Source of the DNA: Eutreptiella sp. 'Long Island Sound 2002'
Taxonomy: Eukaryota; Protista; Euglenida
NCBI GenBank assembly: GCA_964036045.1
Contig: OZ038378.1
Span: forward strand, 198,772,001 to 198,836,000
Length of the DNA: 64,000 nucleotides
Direction of reading: 5' to 3'
Shown piece by piece: positions 1 through 10,695 of this stretch. The notes beneath the pieces were generated by a model. It was not told the origin of the DNA, made no database searches, and worked only from the letters and a program-made list of their open reading frames with translations. Position numbers and translations under genes: made by a program. Positions within the stretch are counted from its first letter, which is position 1; each line of letters starts with the position of its first letter.

Positions 1-59
1 GCGGCGCACAGTTTGGGTAACTATACCAGAATACGGGCGGAATAGTGCCGCATACATAG

Positions 60-2330
60 ACACATTTTTTACATACCATTTACCCCCCCCCCCCCCCACA
101 CCACTTTTTTCTCCTATTTGATTGACATTCCCCTTTTTGGGCCTCTATCTTTCCCAAGTGGTGCATTTGATTCCGTACCCAGTGCGGTGTGGGCCCACAA
201 GATGGTAGTGGTCGAGCAACCACCTCTGATTTTGTTCCCCGGCTTGACATGGGGGACCCCCAAGACGGCAAAGGTCATGTAGCCATTCCGCCCCCTTTTG
301 GGCCCCTGAGAAGGGAGGGGTGAGGTAACCAATTTTGATTCTCTCCCCTTATTGGGGACCCCCGACAAGACAGGTGTTACTCGAGTCTTACAAGCTTTGT
401 TAACCTTCCGGTGCTATTGAGGAAACCGGAGGGACTCTCAATCCACGCTTTATTGCGTGGCCCCTTGAGTTGAGGTTAGGGACTCGCAATCCACGCTTTG
501 TTGCGTGACCCCTTGAGTTGGGGTTAGGGACTCGCAATCCACGCTTTGTTGTGTGGCCCCTCGAGTTGGGGTTAGGGACTCACAATCCACGGTTTTTTGC
601 GTGGCCCCTTTAGTTGGGATTCGGGACTCGCAATCCACGCTTTGTTGCGTGCCCCGCGTTGTGTCAACGGAGCCCCTGGATGACTTGTCCGCTGTCCCGG
701 ACACGGGCTGTTGCGCGTGCCGTTGAACAGGTGCATCCAGATGCACACTCCGAGTCCATGCTGGGTTTGCCGACTCTAGCACTGACTTGAGCGCGCTGGG
801 GTGTGCATCTGCAGAATAATTTTCCTCACAGGGGCTTCTAACATCCACAATGATTCTTTCCCGTTTTTCCTTTCCTTGTTCTCCTTCTACGCTCCGCACC
901 GTTTTCAGCGAGCGCGGTTTGCCCTGTCCTGTTACCCTCCTTGGTCCGTCCCTTTCCCCCTGCCCAGTTGCTTCCCCGCCCTCTCCATTCTTGGTGCCCT
1001 TGCATTGGATGGCGGGGGTGCGTGTTGCTGTAGGGAGGGGTTACAAGAGGGGGCGGGGGAGCGGGAGTGGGAGTGGGTTTGTCTCTCCCTTCCCTATCCT
1101 TCCCCTTGAGGAGGGAGATCCTGGCTCAATGGGGCTCCTTGTTGGTGTCGGTGTGCTTGGTGCGGGTGGTTTTGGCCACTTGCTTCTGTTGGCCCACATA
1201 TCCCAGTCTGTCCTGGGCGTAGTTGCATGCTGTTTGCTGGCATGATGGCCTTAGTGGGCGCGGCGGTGGTAGACCATGCACGTAGCCCGCCGTTAGTAGG
1301 GGGGGGAGGGGTACCGCTCCCTTCGAATGGGCCAAAGGCATTCAGCGTCCTTGCACAAGGGGGAGGGGTGTACCAATTGTGGAATGCAAAGTAACGGAAC
1401 ATGGTTTGTTTTTGTTTCTCATTGGATGGCGTGCCGTAGTGCCGATGGTGTAGCATCACTCCGGGGGGCGTTTGCACGTCCTCCTAGTGCCGCGCCGTTT
1501 GTCGCTCAAGTGTGTGTGTCGTGCTCAACTTAGTGTTTGAATTTCAGTCTCCATGGGCTCACCCCTGGTCTACTTTGCTTGCTCTACCACAATGCCCGCA
1601 AAATGTCCCGCCAGGCCTTTTGATAGCACCTTGGGATAGCAGCTGCGATGAGTATTTCCCGAGCCAAACCGAACGTCACCCCATCCCATGTCCACGCGTG
1701 CCATCCCCCCCCCCCCCTCCCGCCACGCCACTCGACGGCGCTTGAGTCCGGCCGCAAGTCCCTCTTGTGCGCTTGCTGGCGCGCACACTCAGTTGTGTGG
1801 TTGAGGGTGTTAATTGGACAGTCACATCTTGGGAGTGGGACTAGAGGGAGCCCAGCTCCACGGCCCATGTTGCCATTGAAATGGCATCCCATTTCACACT
1901 GCGTGGACAACAAACTGTGTCACTTGCCCTGCACACCACCTTTGACCTCCACCCTCTTGTTCCTCCTGTTGAAGCACATCGGCAAAACACACTGTCTGAA
2001 ACCAAAGTGCCGGAAACAAAAAAGAAAGACTCTTGAGTGTCATGTAGGTATGTGTTTTGGCATGAAATGTGCCCTCTTCAACCTAAAAGCAAGCATACGT
2101 AACAAAGGTGCTTGGGACGTCAAGAACATCCTTGGGATGGGCAGTGCGAAATGGGATGACATTTCAATGGCAACATGGAGACTGCCCATGGGCCAAGGAA
2201 CTGAGTTTGCTCTGTCGTGGCGTTGCTGCTGCGTCACGGCCACCTCAAGTCAACACCTCCGACATTTTCTTGGGCTGCCCAACGCCAACGACTGCCGCGT
2301 TGGAACTGGAAAATCTCGCCATAAGTAGTC
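60..2330 (-). mobile_element. Decayed interspersed element with gag-like minus-strand frames, inside an ITPR intron
   Basis: Broken long minus-strand frames (1477-450). 245-460 is recognisably similar to 55925-56150 (GGGGACCC..AAGACGGC, TTGGGGACCCCC, AATCCACGCTTT..GC.TGGCCCCTT). No catalytic motif seen. Confidence 0.45.
431..657. repeat. 48-bp tandem repeat, about 4.7 copies
   Basis: GGGACTCGCAATCCACGCTTTGTTGCGTGGCCCCTTGAGTTGGGGTTA starting at 431, 479, 527, 575 and 623, without spacers. Confidence 0.95.
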
Positions 2331-3428
2331 GGGCACATTCATTGCAGACCCTACAACACAGCACCAACAACTTGTGTTCCGTGCAGTACAACAAACTCCG
2401 TGTGCTTCTAACCAGGGATGGCATAAGAATGGGTTTTTTGGGGGGTGGGTGGTGGGGGGGTTAGCTATCTGTCACTTAGTGACACATGGAGAGTGACAGA
2501 TAGGTGGACTTTGTGCTTGAGTGACACATGGACACAATGACAATCAGCCACAATTCCAACACCGAAGGTGCCTGATGGAAATAATTCTGTCTAAAAGAAG
2601 GAGATGATGATTTTTTTTTCAACCCAACTTGTGTATACCCAAAATGCTCAGATTTTTGTGGAGAATTCAAATATGCATGAAAAACGTGAACAAAATTCAC
2701 CCCCCTCCTTTCCCTCACCTGGTCGGGTTCCTCTTGTGTCACTCGTCACTCGTCACGGGGGGGGGGGGGGGGGCTATGTCCACCACTGCTTATCATGGAG
2801 TGTCAACATGCTTCCAATACTTCAATGTTCGGGTTTTGCTTTGTAATTGAGAAAACCTTAGCGCACGGATGACGTCCATTGGACGTGTGGGGGCTCACGT
2901 ATCGGATGGTGTTCCACTGTCCCCCCAAATTTTGCAGCCGCCTCCAATCGTTCGTCCCCCATGGCGGCTGAAGCATCTGTGGCGGCAGTTCGGGTTAGGC
3001 CATTGCTACCCCCCCGGGGGGGGTGGGGGTAGCTTGCCTGCCGGCCCACCTGCTTGTCATAGCAGAAGGTTCAAGGGCGAGAGGCCAATAGGCGCCGCCA
3101 TAGGCTAACAGAGCCAACCACCAAGGCCTTGTGCCAAACGCCCCTCCCTCCCCCGGGCTGGTGGGTGGGTGGGTGGGTGGATGGGTCAAGCGCCAAGAAA
3201 AGTTTGTGTACTTTTCTGATGTGGAGGCGTGGGCCGCCACTGGCCACAGCGCCAAATGCCCCCCCCCCCCCCCTCCCCACGCAGTCCATACACAATGGCC
3301 CGGGGGGGGGGGGGCATGTGCAGCGCCGATAGGTGACCAACCGAGTGCAGGATGAGGGTTTGAAGGGCTGTGGGTTGTGGGGCTGGGCGGCGACGGGCCT
3401 GCGCCCCCCCCCTTCTGCCCCCTTCCAG

Positions 3429-3776
3429 GACGACTTCGTGGGTGGGGAGGGCGTGTGCAGCAGCCTCCTCGACTGCTTCGCCTTTGGGCTGCTCAACGGC
3501 CTCCGCGCCGGCGGCGGGCTGGGGGACCTCCTGCCCGGGAACCGCGGGCGCGCGGTGTTCGACTTTGCGTTCTTCCTCGTGATCGTCGTGATCATCCTCA
3601 ACATCGTCTTCGGGATCATCATCGACACTTTCGCGGAGCTTCGCGACGAGAAGCAGTTCATCGAGAAGGACAACAAGAAGAGCTGCCTCATCTGCGGCCA
3701 GTCCGCCAACTTACTCGACCGCTACATTCCGGGCGGGTTCAGTGTCCATGTCCGGCAATCGCACAACATGTGGCAG
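3429..3776 (+). CDS. ITPR: IP3 receptor (ITPR-type Ca2+ channel), internal exon: pore helix, selectivity filter, last TM helix
   Basis: Translates to ...NGLRAGGGLGDLL...FDFAFFLVIVVIILNIVFGIIIDTFAELRDEKQFIEKDNKKSCLICGQ...HVRQSHNMWQ, matching the IP3R/RyR GGGxGD filter, IIIDTFAELR and CxxC/HxxxxH motifs. Acceptor ttccag at 3423-3428, phase 0. Earlier exons lie upstream of the window. Confidence 0.95.
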
Positions 3777-6700
3777 GCATCCAGCCCCCCCTTTCAGTCC
3801 ATACTTTCCACACCTTTCTTCTCTGCCTTCTCCCTCCCCCGGCCCCCCAACGCCCGCCGGGCATGTGACGCCTCCCAGCGCCTGAAGGGGAGGGGACGCC
3901 GCCAGGGCATGGCACGCAGTCCACTCTCCCCACCAAACGCGCAGTGTGGTGCCCGACCAGCGTTTGCGGAACACCTCGCCTCTATTGCATCCGCACTCCC
4001 GCCCCTCTTTGTACTCCGTCGCCCCATCTCTTCCTCCCTCCCTCGTCCCTACCTCCTCCAAAAGGTCTTTTGGCTGCTGGTACAGTGCAACAGCATTTTT
4101 TCACCACCGCGGAGAACTGGCACCGTGCACCCCGGGGCCGAGGTGCCCAGTGCTAGGACCTGGTTGCCTCAGAGACATGCGTGAGGCGGGGGGGATAATG
4201 TGTAGTGGCATCCTACAACATCGTGGGATTGAATCAAAGTGCCGGCAAAATGCAGCGGTGTACAGGTGCGCAGCACAAACGTTTCCGGCCTGCCCCTTCA
4301 CCAAGTACTAATGAGCAGGGATGACTGGTCGCAAGGTAACACTGAAGGCTGGATGGCAGCCACTGCGACGGTCCTTGGGCAGGCACTTGCGCGTGGCATG
4401 CCGTGCTTCTGTCCCACTTCAACTCAGACCCCCTCCCCTGCCCCCCAGATTTCAAGCCACCGGTGGCCGTGGGCTGGGGTCCCCTTTCAGGGCATGGACT
4501 GCATCACTGCACCATGCCCAGCATACAGTGTTCTAGAAGACTATGCCATACCACCACGTCCATGGAGAGTTATGTGGTGTGCTCAATCGAAATACATACT
4601 GATCATTTATCTAGGACATGCCCAGCATTGGAGGGCTTTAGTGCAAACCCGACGACATAGGGCATGGAAATCAGTCTAGCAATAGAGGGCAAACACACCG
4701 ATTGCAAAGCACAACGGCGCATGCACAACCGTACAGTTTCGTGCCGCTCTAGTAATGCAGTCATGGGGTGGTTTTTGTTTCTTGGTGACCCTCCCGCATG
4801 ATCGCACAGGTCATCGCTGCTCTGGTCATGCGGCCTCGCGCTCGTTGCTGCCCGTGTCTCTCTATTTCTGCTATCTGTTGCTGTGGTGTCCTCACTGTCT
4901 TCTTTCTTTTTTTTTGGTGCGCATTTCATGTTGGTTTTCGTTTGTTGTGGTTGCTCCTGTGAGGAAAACAGGGGGATTCTGTGCACCCCATGAGTGGGGT
5001 GAGAATGGGTGGTTGGGAACACAGAGACCCAAAGGGGATTTGCTGCTCTCGGGAGGGTTTCCAAGTCAGACAACACAGTCAAACGTGGGCAGTCAAACGT
5101 GGGCGCAAAGAGCGTGGCGCATAACCCAACCCAAAGTCAGTCCCCCTTTCAGCTCCAATGATCACAGTGGGAAGATCTCCCCAATGTCTGGGGGATGTGG
5201 CACACAAGGGACCCGTGACGCAGAGAAGAGGAGGCTACGGCTCGGGCCATCACTACACGTGTATCCAGGCTTGCCCAGCCAGGCACTCTCTGGAACCCGC
5301 AGTCATGTCGGCCTTTTGTCCTAAGTCCAGGGTCTTTGCTTGGGCTTTGGACATGCCCAGTTACTTGGTGTGTGACCCCGTCCACCCGATTGCTTGTGTT
5401 GTACAGATCCTGCCCGGAGTGTAGATGGGCAAGGCGCGGAAAATTCATGTACCGGGATGGGAGGCGGGGGTTCGTATCAACCTAGTCTGGAAAGAGGTCT
5501 CATAAAATCGGAATTGCTGCACCATGAGATACCTAAATCAGTGTGTCGTGGGGCTCATTTTCAGTGGTATATGTTGGAGTTGGACTTGCAACCAGCATAC
5601 ACCAGCTGAGACATTCTCACAAATAGTAGGTAGGGTCTTTCTGAGTTGTGCACTGGATGTAGTATTTCTTTCTGAGTTCCATGTGTAGTAGGAGCAAGTC
5701 TTAGCTAGTGGCACATGACACAAGCATAATTCCTACCAAAATGTTGCTGCAAGCTCGGGGCAAGTCTCCACCCCCACCCCCTGGGCCCTCCGAGACTAGT
5801 TTGGGGGCTTCATTGTGGGCGCCTCTTTTGGGGATGCCTTTGCACGCACTGCACATTGCAAAGTTTTAGTATGGCCAAAAATATTGACGCCCTGCTTTGA
5901 ACCTTTTTTCACCGCCGGGAGCAAATGGGGGCCCAGATATATGTTTTATGGTATTCCCCTGTGAGAATTTTTTATCCAGCCACATCACTCCCCTCCTTTT
6001 TGGAGACTAAGGGTTACACAGCCATCCACAAAGCCCCAACTAGCTGGAGTATTTCACCAACACAGAAGATAGACTCGAAAAACACATGAAAATACGAATG
6101 TGATGAAGGGTGTTCATTATGTCACACATGACAGGGCATGAAGGCGATCAAGGTCTAACTTGGAATTGCAGTGAGAACAGTACTGCTAGGTTTCCTAAAT
6201 GTGGCGAAGGCAATGCTATATCTGAATGTCGCACTTGCCATTGAAATATGTGAGGCCTGCGTCGTGTTCATGCTCCTTTGGAGCCATAATATTTCGCACT
6301 GAACCAGCAGGAGATTGATTGGTTCTGGGATGCCTTTTACGCTCGTGCATTGTTTCATGCTCTCAGGAGGTCACGGTCTTCATGGACATGAAATGTGGTT
6401 TCCAGTGTCAAATGTGCACACAGCCCAACATTCCCCTCATTGAACGTTGGAGGGGGAGGTGTCCCGGAAAAGGGGCTCGAACGACCCCCCCCCCCCCCAC
6501 CAAGCATGTGCAGCCGCAGCATGCCGCAGCACCCGTTTTTTGGAGCTGCACATAGGGGTTTGGAAGCATGCCGCAGCATCCAATTTTTTGAGTTCATGTG
6601 TCTGTCTGCCTGTTCCTGCTCTGTCTGCACGGGAGACATTCTGCCTGCCCCGTGTCTCCCCGGTTTGTTTTTATTTGTCTTGTCATGAGTCAGTCATCTG

Positions 6701-6874
6701 CACCAACAACATCCAGTCAACAGCCAACACCAAGCACACCCATTCGGCCCAACAGGGACCGCACATGCTTGCCCCCCACCTCCACAAATGAATTGCCCTC
6801 GACCCCTGCCCTCCATGGGCCGACCCCGCCGCCTCCCCCGCCAGCCCCCTGCCCACCCCTCCCTCGTTTCTCAG

Positions 6875-7379
6875 TACTTATATTTCATGGTCTACCTGAG
6901 CCAAAAGGACCAAGACGAGTACACGGGGCAAGAGTCATATGTGAGCGCCAAACTGCAGCAACATGACATCTCCTTCTTCCCACTGCACAAGTCTCTGGAT
7001 GCCGAAGGCCACGCCCCGGCCTCGGCCGCAGCGGCCGCGGCCGCGGGATCGCCCCCGGTCGCCGCGCCGGAGGAGCGCCGCGAGAGGCCCGAGACCCCGT
7101 TGCTCCGGAGCGAAAGCGCGAGCTCGTTGCGCGAGAGCACGTCGCTCACCAGCGCGTCGCTCAACGAGTTCCGCGAGACGTCCACGTTCTTCCAGCGCGG
7201 CGAGACCTCGTTCTACCCGCAGGAGGGGCTGTACCAGATAGACCCGCTGCAGAGCCTCAGCGAGAAGGTGGTGGAGCGCGTGGAGTACCTCGACTCGAAG
7301 CTGGAGACGCTGGAGAAGTCCCTTGGGAATTTGGCCCAGAAACTGCCAGCCACTCCCTCTGATCCCGTGGCCCCGCCCG
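6875..7379 (+). CDS. ITPR: IP3 receptor, penultimate exon
   Basis: Acceptor tttctcag (AG 6873-6874). YLYFMVYLSQKDQDEYTGQESYV continues HNMWQ|YLYF as in IP3Rs. Donor G|GTATGT at 7380, phase 1. Confidence 0.92.
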
Positions 7380-7420
7380 GTATGTGCATCTGCTGGTGGT
7401 GGAGTGTTGACTCTAACTGC

Positions 7421-7585
7421 GACGGTCTCCCGGCCGAGGGGGGGGGGTCGCCAAGTGACAGTCTCCTGGGGTGGGGTGGGGTGATCATGAGAGTATTTCA
7501 AGGCAAATTGTGGTACCGCCACAGCCTCTAGCCTTGAGAGTTGGGCGCTCTCATGATCCACCTGAGTGACCCCACCAAGGCGTAT
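7421..7585. repeat. Short interspersed repeat with an inverted copy at 22837-23010
   Basis: TCTAGCCTTGAGAGTTGGGCGCTCTCATGATCCACCTGAGTGACCCCACCAAGGCGTAT is present as the reverse complement at 22837-22896. The adjoining module 7630-7700 resembles 3076-3145. Confidence 0.9.
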
Positions 7586-7809
7586 AACAACCGCCCCCCG
7601 CCGCCCCACAGAGGGTCAGAATGAGCAGTGGCGAGAGGCCAATAGGCGCCGCCAAAGGCCAGCAACCTGATGCCCAGGCCTTGTGCCAAACCCCCCCTGC
7701 CCCAACCCCCTCCCCCCACAGCCCCCGCACCCACACTCCACGCCCACTCGCAGGGGTAGCAGTGCCTCCAAGGCCCCAGGGCATTCTCCGTGCTTTTGCC
7801 AAGTGCCGC

Positions 7810-7910
7810 GCCATACCACACCACACCACACCATCCTGCGATGCCATGCCACGCCACGCCACACCGCACCGCACAGCACAGCACAGCACAGCACAGCACC
7901 GCACAGCACA
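7810..7910. repeat. Pentanucleotide microsatellites (ACACC/ACGCC/ACAGC)n
   Basis: Directly visible. Confidence 0.9.
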
Positions 7911-8471
7911 GCCCCCTGCTGGGTACAGGCCCCGAGGGACTGGTTGCCGGGCCTGATATGGCCATACCAGTCCGCGGTGATCCCAGGGCGGCCCTGAACT
8001 GAGGACGCCGTCCGCGGGGAGCCACGGGCCCCCTCGCCTTTGGTGCGCACCATACCACACGCAGCGCGCGCTCAGACACACAGCCCGCCCGTTTTGCATT
8101 ACCCGTGTGCAAGACATCCCGGCCATTGCCTTTTGGTAACAACGCCTTCTGCACACCGTGCCACACCACACCGCACCTATCACCAATCCATCTTCTTTGG
8201 TAGCCACAAAGCCAGCCCCCCTCCCCCGGACCAACACACGCACACCGTGCCGCCCTACACCCTACGCTCCTTACCACCCCCCCCCCCCCCCGCCCCTTCC
8301 AACACACCCCAAGGTCCAGGTCTAGTAACTGGGTGGCCCTGCCGCCAGGCTCAGTGCCGGTGCTCCTGCATGTCCCTCCGTATTGTGTGGTGCTCCCCCG
8401 TTCCAACACACGCACACACGCACATACTCTTCCTTTGCCAAAAACCCCTCCCAGCCCCAACTTTGGATTTA

Positions 8472-9051
8472 CAGGGGGGGGGGGGGGGGCTTCGCCAGGA
8501 GACAACTTGGTTGGTGACGAAATTTTCCCCGCGTAATTTTTTTGCGCAGTTTGACAGTTGGTTGACAGTGACAGTGACAGTGACAGTGACAGTGACAGTG
8601 ACAGTGACAGTGATAGGTTGTCTTGCTTGTCCCATCTCGGGCTCTCTCTGATGCGCCAAATGGTTTGCTTCCCTGACTTCCTCAAGTGTTACCTGCCTAT
8701 GGCTTCTGTGTTTTTAGGAACAGAGCTATGGCACTATGCAATTTGTTTTTTGTCCCAGCCATTGCATTTCGGGCAGCTGTACGCTATGACATGTGTATGA
8801 CATCACGGGTGATGAAATGAAAAGAATGCGGGGCCACCGCAAAAAATACCCAATTGCACACCTGAAAAGATAAAGAGCAAGGCCCAGGAACTCCATATTG
8901 TCCACAAGGAACCAAGGGTTGGGGATGTGACGAAATTGTCCCCTCCAGTGGCCCTGCATCAAAATTGGCGGTGTGACGAAGTTTTCCCCTGACGAAGTTT
9001 TCCCTGTCGAAGTTGTCCCCAGGCGAAGTTCCCCCCCCCCCCCCCTCCCTG
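8472..9051. mobile_element. MITE, Tc1/mariner-type termini
   Basis: TA|CAGGG(G)n-CTTCGCCAGGAGACAACTT at the left end and AAGTTGTCCCCAGGCGAAG-(C)n-CCCTG|TA at the right. TA at 8470-71 and 9052-53. Internal GTGACGAAATTTTCCCC subrepeats; carries a (GACAGT)n array. Confidence 0.8.
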
Positions 9052-9913
9052 TATCACTCTTTCATGTCTGTTGGGGCATGCCAGGACGGCCTTTACCGGC
9101 CAACTATGAATATTTTGCCAAAATATCTAATTCCATAGTGCTTTTTTCTGAGCGCAAAAAAAACAAGAAACGCAAAATTTTTAAATAATCCTGCCTGGGA
9201 GACAGGATTTCGCAAAAAAAATAGGTTAAATAAGTAATTTGGAGAGTGTAGGGTTGGTACTGTTTGTGAACAATCATACAGGTATGATGCAAGGACCCTT
9301 GTTGCTTCACCCATCTGCCCCGACCCTTTCCGCCGACAGCAATGTTCTCTTTGCATTCTTAATGCATAATGCATTCTTCCCAACTTTGCCCTCTGAGGAA
9401 GCCATTCGACGGCGGCAACAAGCTTTGTTGTGCATGGAACACATTTATTTCATCAGGTAGACAACTGCAAGACAACTGATAAGTTTGGTCCCTGCAAGAT
9501 TTGAAGCAAACGGCAGCACTGAGGACACAATATCAAACGCAAAATGGTAGTCGGACAAAAATTAATCGCAAAAAATAAATTTATTTTATGGGTGGAATAC
9601 ACAGGTTTTGGCTCGCAAATTCAAAATAATCGCAAAAAAAAATTATTTTTTGGGCTTTTTAGTGGCAAAAACAAAAATTTTGCTAAATATTAATTGTTTT
9701 TTTTCGCAAAATATTCGTATTTTACAAATATTCGTGTTTGCCCGGTATCAGCGGAGTAGGATCCACTCCCCGAGTCCATGACGGCGGTGGGGCAGGCCCC
9801 CCACCATTCCAGAGGAGAAGGGGGAGGCAGGGACGAGGGGGTGCAGGGTGTAGCCCCGTGCACCCCCTGCCCCGCGAACCCCCGCACCCGTCCCTCCCTC
9901 CCTGCAGCCACAG

Positions 9914-10695
9914 GCCCCTCCGTCAGCACCGCCCAAATCGAGCGGCTGGAGCGCATCATGAGCGCCCTGTCTCCGGAGCGGCTGGAGCGCCTCGAGTCCG
10001 TCTTGGAGCGCTTTGAGCACGCGGCCCCGGCCCCGCGGGCCCCGCACCCAAACGGCACCCCCCCGACCCCAGCGGACCTGCCCAACGGCGGGTCGGCCAA
10101 CGGCAGCTTCGCGTCCGCGAGCTTCGTCTCGTCGCTGGCCGGGTCGGGCCTCCTCCACCGCGACACCTTCATCGACGCGCCCGACGTCGCGGACCTCTGC
10201 GGCCCGCGGCCCAAGCGGCAGACCGTCCGGATCTCCGCCCCGGCGAACGGCCTCCCGGCGCCCCCCCCCGCCCCCCGCGCCGCCTCCCCCCCGCACAGCG
10301 CCGCGTCCTCCCGCAGCGCCACGCCCTCCCGCGGCCTCGGCGGCGGCAGCCCGCCGCCGTCGCGCAGCGCCACGCCCGCGCGGAACGCCAGCACCCCGAC
10401 GCTCCGGGCCTCGCACTCCCCCCCGAAGGCCCTCGCCCCCCCGAAGCCCCGGCCGGGCCCCCTCGGCAAAGCGGACGTCCCGCGGCTCGTCGCCGGGAGG
10501 GCGGGCCCCGAACCCGCGGCGCCCCCGGCCCCCGGCCCCGCGGCCACCCTCCGCCACCGCGTGACCCGGGCCCGCTCCCTCAGCGACGTCCCGGTCGGCG
10601 CGCGGGCGGCCCCGGCCGCGGAGGCGAGGGACCGGGTGTACGTCGGCCGCGGCCACGCGGGCGCCGCGGGGCCCGGGGGCCGCGACACGCGGTAG
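9914..10695 (+). CDS. ITPR: IP3 receptor, probable last exon (Pro/Ala/Ser/Arg-rich tail)
   Basis: Phase-1 acceptor ccctccctgcagccacag (AG 9912-9913; second in-frame AG 9906-9907). GC-rich codon style like exon 6875-7379. Ends at TAG 10693-10695. No recognisable domain, so the assignment rests on phase and composition. Confidence 0.7.

Noticed and set aside
431-657. 48-bp repeats as a CRISPR array
   Set aside because: Units are contiguous with no unique spacers; eukaryotic context; no cas genes. The same applies to the 20-23-bp arrays at 30.2, 41.8-43.9 and 55.2 kb.
7528-8685. 385-aa ORF and overlapping ORFs
   Set aside because: Built from pentanucleotide and hexanucleotide microsatellites and interspersed repeats inside an intron.
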